Shown here: positions 22,969-37,800 of the stretch, piece after piece
Numbering within the stretch: the stretch's first letter is position 1
Layout: every line of letters begins with the position of its first letter
Program-made: the position numbers and the translations under genes
Source: Paramecium tetraurelia
Lineage: Eukaryota
Assembly (NCBI GenBank): GCA_000165425.1
Contig: CT868064.1
Location: forward strand, 124,001 to 170,436
Length of the DNA: 46,436 bases
Reading direction: 5' to 3'
The notes under the pieces: generated by a model
The model's database searches: none
Seen by the model: the letters and a program-made list of their open reading frames with translations, nothing else
What the model was told of the DNA's origin: nothing

Positions 22969-24531
22969 TCAAAATTCTGCACCACAGAATAAGCATAGTA
23001 AATCAGAATTTGGATGTCCCTTTGTTATTATATCCTTTAAAGAATGAAAATCTATTTCCTTATCATATGAGATATTCACAGAATCAAAGATGACTCTGGT
23101 GAAAAATTCAGATATATCATTCAAGAAATTCGTATCTTATGTCTTGACTATCTTACTCATGGTTTGATGACTTAATTTAGAAACTTCAGGGTAAGAGAGT
23201 TTCCCATTTCTATCCATATCAGCGATTTTGATGAATAAGTCAATGCGTTCTTCCTTAGTTTTGGCTTATACTGAACTCATCAGGAATAAAAATTGTTACC
23301 AATCCAAAAAGCCTGAACATCTAGAATCTATGATATTAAATATTCCTTTAGCCATATATTCTGATTAATCTTAGATATTCTCTATTCCTTATCTATAAAA
23401 ATCGTATGATATCCCTTTAGTCAATTTGTTTTTTTCTCTCTTTTAAGTTATAGCAGTTAAAAGTTGAAGCACTTTAAAAAATGAATAAAAAGCATACAAT
23501 TAAGCTCTATTCAACTTATATTTAGCTTAGATATCTGGGATATTCATTTCAGTGAGTAATGGTATGCTTTCCAACCAATTCTGTTCATCTGAAAAATAAT
23601 TCCTGGGTTTAAATTTGTTTTTTTATTATTCTTTATCCAGAATTAATTGTAAAGGGTGACTAATTCTTTTAGAAAGAGTCTTTGATTCAAATGCTCTACT
23701 TTTGGGAGTAGGATATTAAATTTGGTCATAAAATTTAATAATCTTTTTGACATCATCAGTTTTTTGAGATAATTAATTATGCATATTTTCAATATAATTT
23801 TGTAATTCTTCTTAACATTTTTCCATGTTTTCTATAAAATATTTCTCTTATTTATTCATCTTAATTTTACTTGTGAAAATAAAACTAGATTTTTATGTCT
23901 TTGGTGATAGAAAGGGTCTTGAAGATTATACACTAGTAGTTCTTGTGTAATTATCGTAAACAGATTGCAAATTTCTCATTTCTTTTGTTAAAAATGTCCC
24001 TCTATGTGTGGTGGGAGGTGATTTTGGCACATCTTAATGAACTGATATAAGGGAGAGACATGATTTTAATTTGCATACAGGTATTTATTACAATCCTTCA
24101 TTGGAATGATAGCTTTATGAAGCTCCTCTATCAATCTTGTTGATTTATTTAATATAGTGATCAAATGGGCGAACAAATAGCCAGAATAGATTAGATCTGG
24201 TACTAAATAAATAGGATTTGCTTGACTTCGAATAGTATTTTATTTAGTTGCCATAAATATCATAAAAAAATATAGTCTTATTCAAGAGATTTCTCTCCTT
24301 CAAAAATTCATTCAATTCCATTTTGATAAGAGTGTCTATTTTATATTTGATCAATTGTTTAAGATTTATTTCAATGTGTAAAGGAGTGATTTTCTAATCT
24401 GTTAAAATATCATCAACAAATATAGCTAAAATCTTTTCTTTTTGAACAGGGATTTGTTCATTATCAATAAAACCCCATTAGGATTGTCTTTATTGAATTT
24501 TTGAATTTCCTGTGATCATCAATCGAGCCAT
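22969..24531 (-). CDS. Protein with C-terminal calcineurin-B/NCS-like EF-hand domain, about 520 aa
   Basis: Frame length 1563 nt. Contains IFNIIDSRCSGFLDWQQFL and ERIDLFIKIADMDRNGKLSYPEV (canonical DxDxNGxLxxxE loop) and ends LLCLFCGAEF-TGA. Confidence 0.82.
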
Positions 24532-24664
24532 TTTTAATATAATATTTTAATCAACAGAGTATAATAAATCTCATTTAAAATAAAATTCTTAATCAGCAAT
24601 TTAATTTCAATTAACCAGCAAACTCGTGTTGATGATTACATATTAATAAAAATATTAATTATTT

Positions 24665-25263
24665 TCATTGTATTTCTATCTATGGATCATCATTGATTTA
24701 CCAGCCTGTTAAATCAGCCATAGACTTGAAATGAGTTAGAATTTCTTGGTTTTAAGTACTGTGATTTTATTTTTACTCGAAAATAGTTGTCAATAATTTT
24801 TGTTTTCTTTTGATTCTTTCAAATGGATACCATGGTTTAGTTTCCTTTAGAGATTGCCTAACCTATCCTCCCTTTTTAAAAAAATGTTATTGTTTTATGA
24901 TATTTAGATGAGTATCCAAATTCAAACTTCTCTTTTGCTTCTGATTTTCTAGAGTGAGTTGTTTATTATTCGAGGCAACTCTATGGGTGTGGATAATCAT
25001 TGGTTGACAGAGTTAACTCATAAGAATCTTGTTATCTTGGGGCTGGAGTATCGATTACTATGACTCCTTTGTAGTTTCTTACCCTAACTATTTAACCTAC
25101 TTACGATTCTTCGCTATTAATTTTATGACATCGGTTTTGGAGTTTATGGTGGATTTATTTGTTTATTTTGTATCATTCTAATATTTGATCTTATTTGTAA
25201 ATTGTGCATTGTTTCGATATAAATTCAATCTCGCTCGACTTAGCTATCCTTGTATTTCTTCAT
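24665..25263 (-). pseudogene. Hypothetical ~200-codon frame whose nearest ATG is out of frame by one base (pseudogene or sequence error)
   Basis: The frame 25264 to 24665 has no TGA for 199 codons and ends DLTGWQINDDPQIEIQ-TGA. The ATG at 25263 is in another frame and meets TGA at codon 13. The first in-frame ATG is near 25021. Confidence 0.45.
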
Positions 25264-25306
25264 TTAAATATAATATTATATTATTAGTAACAATTAAGAA
25301 ATTCAC

Positions 25307-26874
25307 ATGGGAATATGTAGTAATAATAAACCAACCGGAGATATTAAACTAAATATTTTTCTAAAATCTCTGCTTTATCACAACAACATAAATGAATAGT
25401 TTACAGCCCCTATTGGTACCATCAAGGATGAACCTTAATTACAAGCAGAATATTTCAACATATAAATTTGGAATTAATTTGAAGCCTTAAGAAAAGTTAG
25501 GGAGGATTAGAATTAGCTTTATAACATGCTTGCTTTCTTTGCATTTAAACAGGTTATCGAGAGAAATGACTAGGTTTTGTTATAAAAAATGTAAGCGGTA
25601 TCCCAATCTTTACAATGGTAAGTGTAGGTAAAAGGAAAACAAAACATAAGCAACAACATGAATTTGAAAAATGAATTCCTCAATCTCCTGCAGAAGGTTG
25701 TTAAAGACAATTATCTTTTTGAATTGTATTATTCTGATATTAAAAACAATCGTAACTTCTATGTGTTATGTATAATATTTTTTAGAAACTGGGCTTTTGA
25801 TATTGCATCAAAATACAAAGCGATACCTAGCAACTCAAATGAAATACAAAAAATGTTAGATTGGACTGTCCCATTCAATTTGACAGATTAAATACTATTT
25901 GGAGAAATAGTTCTAAATATGAACCTGTAATTGTTAATCTTATATTTATAGGAAAATTAACATATTCGATACATAAACTAAATCTCTATAACAATTTGGG
26001 ACAGCATAAAATGAAAATTATATTATAAAAAATAAAGATCAAATTTTCATCGGCTTGCCCAAACAGTATTTTAGCAGAGTCAAGCCTTCTGCCATTATTT
26101 ATCAATTATACAAGTACACAAATTAGGCTAGAAATGTGGCTGCAGAAATGCAGAGATTTGTTAGCGAAGATTTAAATTAATAAGAATTAATTTATGAATA
26201 TTAAATGACTCAAGAAATGTTTTAATAAATCAAGCTTAGAGGATTTAAAAGAGTGAGAGGAGATGGGAACTGCTTTTACACAGCCTTCATCTATTAGTAT
26301 CTATCAATAGTAATAACAAAGTTTGGAGATTAAGACTTTAAACAATTTGTAGAAATTTTACAAAAAATTGATTTCAATCTTACTCATGAAACTATATAAA
26401 ATTTCCCAGTCGAAATTAGAAAGGATCTAAAGTAAATATTTCTAAGTTTTATTTATGAAATAATTGGGAGTAACAATTAGATTTAAGCCTTTGAAAATGA
26501 GTTTTAAAATACTAGAAGTATCTTTTATGCCTTATCCATAATATATGCAAAAAATTTAATTCATTATTTTGTTGAGTAAAAGTAATCCAATTCTTATATT
26601 TAGTTACGAGTATAAAGTATTATTGGGAGAGGAAGCAGAAGAATAAATTTAGCAATGGGAACTTGAGACGGATAACATTTAAGTATTGCTTGTGATTTTA
26701 GCCAATTGTTTAAATCTTATTCTCCATTTCTATTTCATTGACGCTGATAACAAAACAATTGATTTACAACTCTATTAACAATCTTAGAATGAACTAACAA
26801 TCCCAAAATAAAACGTGTATTTACTATTTTGCCCAGGACATTATTGTATAGGATTACCTATAGAAAAAAAATGA
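25307..26874 (+). CDS. Otubain-like OTU deubiquitinase (peptidase C65) with N-terminal MGxC acylation motif
   Basis: Starts MGICSNNK. Catalytic RVRGDGNCFYTAF lies at about 26250-26290 and LLFCPGHYCIG at about 26820-26855. Three small introns are apparent. Confidence 0.88.
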
Positions 26875-26957
26875 TTTTGAAAAAACTATTCCGCATATTT
26901 TATATATCACATATAATTTGATTGATCAATTTATATTTCTATTTATTATTTGATTTA

Positions 26958-27902
26958 ATGTTTTAAATACCCAAAGATTACCTAGTTAATTGCCTATATA
27001 AAAAGAACCAAGATCCTAATAAAAACTTGGAAAATAATGAAGATGACGAGATATTTAAAAAAAAAATCGAGGAAAGAGTATTTACTTATAAAAAAAATAA
27101 AAACGATAAGGACTTAGAAGTTCTATAGTAAATCTATAATGAAGCCTATAAATCTAAACCAATGGATGATTGCCATAAAAGATTCATAAAAAGTATAAGG
27201 TCCAATACTTAGTTATTTAATTATTATTCTATCAAATAATTATAAGAAAAACATAAATTGCTGAAGTTATGTAGTAAATACAGGGAAGTAAGAGGTGATG
27301 GCAATTGCTTTTATACTGCCTTAGGCTACAGATTCTTATAGATACTATTGTGTGAATATAACTTAGAGGAATTTAACTATTTTTTGGATAAAATTGAGCA
27401 AATAGACCTCCCATTCAAAGTATATTGCAAGACTATAAAAATACCTGAAGAAATCCAGAAAAATTTACGAAATGAATTTCTATTCCGATTATGTGAGATT
27501 AGATAAATTGAAGACAAGAACGAAAGACTTAATAAATTGATGGAATAATATTCAGCCTATGAATCTAAAGGAGATATCGATGGTAACTTTTTTGCTTTGA
27601 CAACAATCTTCTTTCGAAATGTTTCATATTATGTAGCTGCAAAAAGTGAGTTTGCCGAAAGTATCTTTGATATTGATAATCTGTTAATTTGGGGAGAGGA
27701 ATGCAACAATAATGAGATAGTAATCAAAGAACTTTCAGAGTTCTTGAGAGTGTAATGAATTATGTTTAAATATTCTAGAATGATTGTTTTGGTGTTCATA
27801 AAAAATGGTACTACTTCGAGCATTGAATATTCTGGGGAGCTTCATTACCATCAAATATTGCTTCTTTTCCAGCCTGGACATTATAATATTGGATTTGAAT
27901 GA
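26958..27902 (+). CDS. Otubain-like OTU deubiquitinase (peptidase C65), short paralog, about 305 aa
   Basis: REVRGDGNCFYTALGY and LLLFQPGHYNIGFE-TGA. A 27-nt intron at 27752-27778 removes an in-frame TGA. Confidence 0.9.
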
Positions 27903-27918
27903 AATTATATATATTATA

Positions 27919-30895
27919 TCAAGAAAACTTGGATTTATGATGTCCTTTAATTAGTTTGGTTTTGAAAGCATTTTTGCTTGAATATACACCTGATGATAGT
28001 TATTATTATTTGAATTCTTAAAGATCAGTTAGAATATTATAATTATCTTCTTCTTCTTCATCATAGTCTTATTATTAGAATACATCTTTATATTCTGAGT
28101 CATCATATTTTTTTGGATCTTGATCATTTAGATTTTGTTGATTCTAGTAAGTAAACTGTTTTTATTTGAATTATTCATATGTCTTCAAAGCATTCTTTGC
28201 TCTACTCAAGGCCTTCTCTTTCTTGTCTTCTTTTTCTGCTTAAATTAATTATTATTATTATTCCTTTTGCTACTTACTACCATATAATCGGTCCAATAAT
28301 TGTTGTTTAGATGAACTGATTTACCCATCAGTTTTTTCAACTTTAGTTGGAATAATAGTGTCTTTGAGTTCTTCTAATAATTCATTAGCTTCCTGTTCTG
28401 CGGCATCGGCCCTAGATTTTTCATCTATTCTGTAACCCCAATTAACATCATGGCCCAAAATCAATGCTCCTATTTTTGAGATTTATCCATTTCTAAATGC
28501 CCACAAATAACAACAACAATCAAATGAGGATGTTGCAAAATGCGATCCATCTTTACAGACTTCGATATAAGTTATCCCATCTTGATGAGCCTTTCTTTGA
28601 TATCCAACCTCCTTAATATCTCCGATTACAAATATCTATTAAATATTTGATTCTTTAATACTTAAGCAATATCTTCTTATCCATAATCCATGGCTGTTAC
28701 AAATGTATCAGCATCATTGTTCTTTCTCGTCTTTATCTTTTACTCTACTTAATGTAGATCCACTTTATCTAAGACTTGTTTAATATTCCAGATTTTTAGA
28801 TTACCTAATTCATCACCCAAATATAATAAATCATCATCATAATTTATTGAAGTCACAGGAAACTATTGATAGATGTTAAATTTACTGTTTCTTCTTAATT
28901 AGTCAAAGAGATGGCTTTATATGTTTTTTACAATAATAATTTTGATTTGAATTTGCTTTCCAAAACTCCTATGAAATACACATTTCCGATAGAATCAACA
29001 CTTACAATGCAATTATGGGATTCCAAAAACATTACTTTTTTCAACTCATATTAGCATTTCCAGACTAGTTCTTGTCTGTAAGAAACTAAATCTATAATAA
29101 AGATAGCTCCATCATCAGCACAACTGACTAAATGTTCACTATCTTATTTAACATGCAATGAATTAACACTTAGATGATGCTGTTTCATTTTGTATCTACA
29201 TGATTTGTGAGCATCTTGAGAGTCCTCATCATGAATGTTGACAGTATCTTCTCTGCTGCAACTAATGACTCTTCTATTAGTATCATTGCTCCAATGAGCT
29301 AAATCAGTGATCATCTTGTGATGTCTTTCAAATTTTTTCATTTTAGCACCATTCTTAATATTGACAGTGAATATTCTGCCTTCAGCATCTCCAATAAACA
29401 ACTTCCTTTATCTTGCATCAATAATCATAGTAGTTAATTCAGCAACACTCAATTCTCTATAAACCTATTGCAATTTCCCAGTTCTAGCATCCCAAGTTTT
29501 AACGCTATCAGGATGAAGAGTGATAAAACATGTTAGAGTTTAATTATATAAAACTTTTAAACACATTTTCTCATCTGTCAACATCTAATCTTTGGGCTCA
29601 TCATATTCATAAAAGAACATCTTTCTTGCACCTACAACAATTTATTTTTTTGGATAGGTTAATGTAAATGCTTAGATTTCATCTGCAGGAACATTGAAAG
29701 TTTAGATTTATAAAAAGTTTCTGACATCCCAAACTTTCACCATTCCAGAAATATCTGCTGTAACTACTTAAGATGTTCTAGGCAAGCATTTTACTCCAAC
29801 TAATGGATGATTATGACCTCTAAGTAAGAAAATCTTTTCTTTTACATAAGTATTCCACACAAATGCTTCATGATCCAATCCAGCACTAATCAAACACTAA
29901 TTCATGGGACTCCAATCACTCCAATCTAAACTATACACACCTTTTTCATGGCCTCTTAGCTCTTTCTTAGGTTGATGTGTAGCACTGTCCCATAAACAAA
30001 TATTGCCATCTAAACCACCTGTCACTAGAGTGTTTTACTAATCTATTGCCAATATATCACCGATAGGAGAAGAGTGTCCGTATTATTGGGAGTCTCTTTT
30101 AATAAAAGGGTTCCAACCTGATAAGGTCCCTCTTTCTTTTAAATCGTATGTGTCATATATATGAATTATAGAATCCGATCCACCTGTGTATAAGAAATTA
30201 GATTAAGAGGAACTCCACCTTGCATATCTCATACACAATTATATTTCTGGGACCGAGAGAATTTACTTTAAGTTGAAACTACTTGAGTCCCAGAAATTTA
30301 TTGTTAAATCATTACTGCTACTCGCAATTAAATTTTAATCAGGAATAAATTCTGCAGATAATACATATCCTTTGTGAGCATTTACATTCCAAATTAGTTC
30401 ACTTGTATTAGAGTTGTATACCTTAAATTTTGGAGACTCTTTCTCCAATACTAAAAGCATTTTCAATCTGTCAAAGAAATACACTCTATCGATCACTGTC
30501 TCATGCTTTTGTTCATCTTTAATGTTTTCTGCTGGATGATAACTTTTTATTACATCTTTAAATGATCTGTCATTTCTTAATAATCCTAATTCAATTATGT
30601 GATTGCTAAATTCCACCCATTCCATCGTACCATCACCATTAACATCTATTTCTTTAAATAATTCAATTAATGCTAACGTTATTTTCTTGGTCTCCTCTTT
30701 TGAATCCTTATTGTAATCCAAGTGCTCCAACATGACTTTGAGAAACTGTTAGATGGTCAATCCTTATCCTTTTGAATTTTTATCTGGGAAGCATCTTTCT
30801 ATTACTGCCATTTTCTTCTTATGCAATTTCTCCATAATATCTATTTCTTTTTTTTCATAATCCTAATCATAATCCTCATAATCTTAGTTCTTCAT
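27919..30895 (-). CDS. EF-hand plus WD40-repeat protein (WDR49/WDR64-like architecture), about 975 aa
   Basis: [24 protein letters not shown]-hand followed by many GH...WD repeats ([41 protein letters not shown]). Introns of 23 and 26 nt give an exact multiple of 3. Confidence 0.9.
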
Positions 30896-31181
30896 TATTC
30901 TTTACAATTATTAACAATAATAAATTAATTATAAATACACATTGATTGTGTAACATTCAAATTAATATTATCTTAGTAATCATCTTACTGTCACCTGACA
31001 TTGGATGAAAGGAAACAAGAAATGTTATTAGTCATAATTACTATACAAAAAATAGACATGTCGATTAAATTTATATTATTTAATAATATGATAAAAAAAG
31101 AATGCAACAAAAATATATTATTACAAAAAAATCACTTTTTGTTAGGAACAGATGATACTCAAACTGAAATAGTCATTAAAT

Positions 31182-34100
31182 ATGCAAACAAATAGTTTAG
31201 TTTCAAAGCCTATAATTAGAAAATCCATTTTTCTTACGATGAATTTATATAGACAATCAAAGTTCTTTCGTAAACTAATTCCAATATTTTTCGTTGTTAT
31301 AATGAGATTTAACAAAGCAGGACAGAAGAGGAGGAAATTTATAATATCTCATAAGCCTTATAATATTATTAGGACATCTTCATATATAAAGATAATCAAA
31401 TATTTTTAATTGATGAATATCAAAGGTTTTAGAGATTAGAGTTAAAAAGTAAGATTTTAAAGGATAAATAGAAGAAGCTGCCTATTGCCAATTTTTATAA
31501 AAAGAAAAACATCTAAATAGCCAAATTCAAACCGTTAACTATTATAAAATTAGAACAAGATTATTGTATATTATACTAATCTAGCAATTAATATTATCTC
31601 AAATTCCAGTAGTCAAAAAGAATTACTAATAAACTTAAAATATTGCCTATTGTAGAATAGAAATTTGGAAAAATCAATAAGGATAACTTTAATGATATCT
31701 TCTCAGTTTAAAATGAACAACTCGATTACTCTGATTATATTTATAATCTTTGCTAAAATGTTTAAGAGCTTAAGATTGATAGCAAGTATATCTCTGCCAT
31801 TAATCGAATTCAAAGATTTGTGCTTAGAAGATAATTAAAATCTAAGTTGTCCATAAATTAAAAGTAACAAAAGTATAAGATTTTATGGAGAAAATCCTTA
31901 ATTTGGGAGGACAGTGCCTTTTTTCTATTAATAGCATTGAACCAAGATACTAATAATAATTAATCTATTTTGATTGAAGGGAAATAAATAGACCATTCCT
32001 TAGGTAGAGAAGTTTATGGATTATAACAAAAACTATTTTTGAAGTATGAAATGAGAGATATTTTAATTACTTCCAATAAAATGTTATAATAAGTTGAAAT
32101 TGTTCACGAAGGATCAAATTTGAGACTGAAATCAGAATAATTTGATTAAATTTACGGAAGAATATTCCAATATGATAATTCTGAGATGGAGTAAACATTG
32201 AATTTAAGAATTGCAAAGTCGAATTCATATCGAAATTAATATGTCTAAAATGGGTTTCTAAATCATTTACAATTAGATAACCAATAAGAAAATAAACTTG
32301 ACTAAAAAAACATAAAATCCCTCTTTAAGTTGTTTTACTTTTAATATAGGAGACACAAATTATAGAACATTGTCTAATATACCCCAAAAGATATATTATC
32401 ATTCCCAATTCACTTTTTAACTGAATCAGAAATGGCAAACTTAACTTAACATGACCATGACACAGATATTTAAAATGTAGAAAATGAAGAACATCAAATA
32501 CAATATAAAAGTATTGAATACAAAACAACACTTAATGAATGGGATTTTATTCACTCTATAATGTTTGAAGAAATTAACTTCTAAAATTATTTATATAAAG
32601 TAAGGATTTACTATTCTAAAGAATTCTTCAAGGAATTAACTCTTCAGATTTAAAGTATAAACTTATTCCATAAATATGTTATTTCAAGCATCTCAAATAT
32701 GGTTTTTAACAAAAAGTTGATTGAAATTGTTCATAATATAAATTCTAATTTAGTCTCAAATTCTTTTGTTGTTAATAATGATATAATGCAGGAAATAGTG
32801 AAAAATCTAATGGTTTTCAAAATTTAAAGGAGAGTTAGATTCTTCTAATTTATATAGCGCTATCATACGAGAAATTCAAATTTTCTATTAAGGATTTCAT
32901 ACATCTTCTCGTAAAATCAATACTTCAAAATTATCTTTAGATATAAAAAGAAAAAAATTAGAATCCTTTTTAATCAACAATTATTTTTGCTAGATCTAGT
33001 AAAGTTAGCCAACTTTTACACTTTAACTAAATCGTAACAATCACATTATTAAATATCAAGCTTTTCGCAATTCTTAGCCATTTAGAACTCAACTAATTAG
33101 AATGATTATAGATTTAAATTAAGTAAATTAATAAATTTTCTCGAAAACATTATTAAGATCAGACATAACTCCTTGTATTTTTCCTTAAAATTGCCAATAT
33201 CATAAGTTAAATAACAGTATCTTAAATCGAAATCCTACACTCCAAACTAAGCTTATCATAAAAAAATTATAACCATTCAAAGATTCTATCGATTAATATT
33301 AGCTTAATCCTTTCTAAATGCTCTTAAAAAAGCACAATAAAAACAATAAAACAAATTGAGGCATCAATGTATTAGAAAAATACAAGGAAAATATTATATT
33401 ATATATTGCTATGAAATATCACAAGTCGAACTTTTAGCAAAAGCAGTTCAGTACAAAGAGAAGTGTAATTGTTTCTAAAAGTGTTTCAAATTTAAGCAAT
33501 CTGACTTTATCAATTATAAATAAATGAACAAGTATCAATTCTTGGCAAATTGTATTGATTTAGTTGATGGTGAAATTCAATTCATATTAGAGAATTACTA
33601 AGTGTAACAATCTAGTGAAGTTGCTCAGAATGATAATGAATATTAAAACTTACAAGATTAGTCATACCATAGATAGATTCGATCAAGGTTAATCAATACT
33701 AAGAGAGATCGAAACGTACTATATAATGTTGTTTACTCTAATCAAAAAATTCTAAATTCTTCGTGTGATTCATTTTTAATTAATATCAACTTAAAATCAA
33801 TGAGAAATGTTTATCATTCAGAAGATAAGCATACCTTAATTAGAAATGTAGCAGAAACAAGCTTAGATAATATCAAATATGAAAATAACAATTTAAAAGT
33901 CAATATATCCAAGATTATTCCTGAAAAGCTTAAATTTTCCTAAAAACCTCGATTTTAGGCATGCTAAAAAATATTGAGGTAAAAAGCCTAGGTGGAGGTT
34001 TTACACAAGACCACCTAAAGATTTGAAAATCAAAAGTATTTATTATAAATATAATTTGTAATCGAGTAAGCAAGATCAATAATTCCAATTCAGAAAGATA

Positions 34101-34732
34101 ACCATTTTGGGTTATTTTAAACAGAATTTAAGATCCTGGCCATCAATATGAAAACTAAAATAGAAATACATTGGAATATATCATTTGAAAATGCAATATT
34201 GTTAACTTCTAAAACGTAGAAAGATGAAATCACACAAGGTATAATATAAAACCTTTCTTTATTGAATGATAGGTTTTTATTTGTGACATCTAAAACAGAA
34301 ATTAAATTTGAAAATGTTATATTTATAAAATTAAAGTGTATCCAAGCGATTTAGAAAGTGTGTAGAACAAGAAAATTTTAAAAGAATTACTTAATTTATA
34401 GGAATATCAAAAAAATGAAATCTTAGATAATTCTTCATACTACACATTAAGATTATATCATTATAGTATAAATCTCAAGAGAAATAATATATAATTAGTC
34501 AATATGGTTATTTATTTGGGATTTGAAGAATTTTAATTTGAAAAAAATGGAAGTATAATTAACGAAAGTATGATATAAATAACAATTCTAGTATTTACAT
34601 TTTTGGAACATTAGCCCCTAAGCTTTTGCAAAGACTCTCTTACATTAGGTAGTAATTACAAATGATAGAATATTCTTTAAAAAGTTTAATGAACTAGAAT
34701 TTTAAAATAAGTTTGAAAGATTTTTGAATTGA
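31182..34732 (+). CDS. Large hypothetical protein with several IQ-like motifs
   Basis: Long frame of about 3.5 kb with few TGA. IQ-like segments include AINRIQRFVLRRQL, KIITIQRFYRLILA and CIQAIQKVCRTRKF. Intron positions were not resolved and the ends are approximate. Confidence 0.6.
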
Positions 34733-34861
34733 TGGCGTGAATGATATTGTATCCATAAGAATAAATATTTTTTGCAATACAATTATCTTTTTATTGATTT
34801 GTTTAAAATTCATCCAATTAAAAATATATTAATTATTTTAAAAAAAGAGGTAACTTTAGAA

Positions 34862-37800
34862 TCATTTAACAGATTCAAAAATTAAATGCGTAACTCTTAT
34901 GGAGCGTGTCTGCTTCTACTTATATTAAAGGCATCTATGTTTAATTTTTTAAATTATCAAAATTATCTATTTAATGAAAATTCCCAATAAACCAGATATC
35001 AGTACATATATTTAAGCAAAGCCTAGTAATATCTTATTTTCATCGCTAATCAAATAATTATAATCTTCTAAATGTAATATTGACGTCAGATTAAAGATTA
35101 TGATTGATGTTTCCAATAGGATAATTTGGAATTTATCCAATTTCTCCAAATTGAATTTTACAAAAGCTAAAAATAATAAGTAAATCACATTTGTTGTGCT
35201 TAACATTAATAATTGAATTAAAGAATGATTTTGAAAACAAATTAAGAAGTAGCAAAAAAAAAACTGTTTAAGTAGGTAAATTGCCTTGAACCTTTTATTC
35301 AAATCAGAGTTTATTCTTGATAAGCCTCCTTTTAATGATGAGATAACAAATTTTACTGTAGCAAGCAAAGTCATATACGATAAGACATTTTATATTCGAG
35401 AAATAGTATCAAAATTTGATGTGGATTCTAAATATAAAAATGTTTTAAATAATATGTCCCAAGCATTTGCTAATAGCAAACTTTCTATTCCATCCTGGTT
35501 AAATTAATAGACAAAAACTAAGATATAATGGAAAAAGCCAAATAACCAATTGAATAATTTAGGGAGTACCTTGGATTGTATATTTCTTAATTTGAAAACT
35601 AACAAATTTTAAATCTGAATTTTATAAACTAATCTAAAACTGACTTAACCGATGGCTTTCAATATAATTACAAATATAAAGGTTGAAAAACTTTAAACGA
35701 CAAAAAATTGCAGATTAGTTATTAAATGGGCATTAAGATTGTAAAACCTTAATTTAGCATATGACTCAATAAAGTCGGAATAGAGAAATATTTAATAAAA
35801 TTAACCTATTTTTAGAAATTCTAAAACTGGAATAATGCTTATTAAATTAGTGGCTTCAAAAAAAAGGTAAAGATTTTCAGGGTAGATAATATTTGCATAC
35901 TTTAAATACGATTAATACTGTAGGCTGTCCAATATTTCTACAAAAATTTGGAAATTTCCAGAAATTAACATGATAACACTACCAATTCCTTAAGCCATAA
36001 TCATAGCTTCTTAATATTTGGTGAGTTGCCTAGTTTTTTCAACATCGGATTAACTCAGCTTAGTAAATTATTTGAGTAATAATTATTCAGATGGATTTAG
36101 TAATTCCAAATTATATTAATTAAACGCCACATTCATTAGAGTTAATTATAATCTTGTGAGACTACTATTATTTGATGTTAAGAACTCTAATTTTACTTGA
36201 AATTAATAGTTAAGAATTTAATTTATAACTGGTTAGAAGTTCGATTCTAGATTTATTGCATAATCTTCAGGATTTATTTCATCAACACTGAAATCAAAAA
36301 GAGATTATAAATCATAACTATCCTTAAAAAAGATTGCTTAGGAAAATGATATCTCAATATAATATTTATTATATGTTTAGTTTAAGAATTTCACTATCAT
36401 ATAAGGAGACTCAGAGTATTCACATTCTGAGTAACTATTGTTTTTGTCTTAACATTTATAATCAATTTCAATTTTACAATTTGAAGAACAACCGTCCACA
36501 TCATTAAGATTGCCATCGTCACATTATTCATCGTAAGATTTAATTCCACTTCCACAGTCATTCTAACAAATATTTTACTCAAATTAAAAATATTGTTAGC
36601 ACTCTTAACAAATTCCTTCATCGCAATCTATGCAATATTAAGAACAAGAATATTGGCAATTATAGCATCCATCAAATTAAATGTTATTTCCATCATCGCA
36701 TTATTCTGTTTATTATATTATACCATCACCACAGATTGGAAGGCATATCCCATCTTTATTGGTTTCTCCAGTTGGACAATTATCATAACAAGTACCATCA
36801 ATACAATTATTGCATTCAGTTAAACAAGATAGCTAGCATTTATGATTTATCTCAATAAAAGGCCATAAACAAAGAAAACATCTTTTTGAATCAATACAAA
36901 ATTCACAATTTTCAGGGCAAGCAAATCTACAATTTATACAATCATCTAAATTTGAATCACATTCTTCTTATGATATAATTGCTACTTAATTATCCCCACA
37001 AATTTATTGGCATGATCCGTTAATAAGCGACCAACCTCCTATGCAAGAAAAACAATATGAATTCTAACATTAAAGACATTAAATCTGACAACTACCATTA
37101 CATTTATAGCATCCTATTTCAATTAAACTAATATGATGTTCATCTTTGAATACTAGTATTCCTTTGGTAATCTAAGATATACATTAGTTCTTTAATAGAA
37201 AATAATCAACCAAGCATTTTTTACATTTACCGTATTCGCAAATTTCGCAATATTAAGGACATTACAATATTTTACTGTCATTTTCAACCTATGATATTCC
37301 AAGATTACATTGGATGTCATTATCCTCACAACAACTGACATTGTTCTTCTCAGTAATTTAATTTTGATTTACGTTTGAAGTAATACAATTAAGAAATCTA
37401 AAGTTAGTTTTAATCTCCAAACATTTACCACTTATTAATTAATATGTTGGGTTACAATACTAACAAACTCCAAAAATACATTCATAACAGTTTTATATAC
37501 ATTAAAAATAACAATTATTACATCCATCATTCGGAATAGTATTTCCATCGTCACATTCTTCATCCTATTGAATTATACCATCTCCGCATACTTTCTTTTC
37601 ATTTTCCTCTTAAGCAAATGAAAATTAATTATAATCAACTTAACTTTGATCTAATGTAAATTCTCCATAATTTCGAATGCATATTCCATTTGAGTAATAA
37701 TATCCTGAATTGCACATCTAACATTAACCAAATTGACATTTTTGGCAGTTCACAGGACATGCAAACTTACATTCATGACACCCATCAAAAGGAAAATTAT

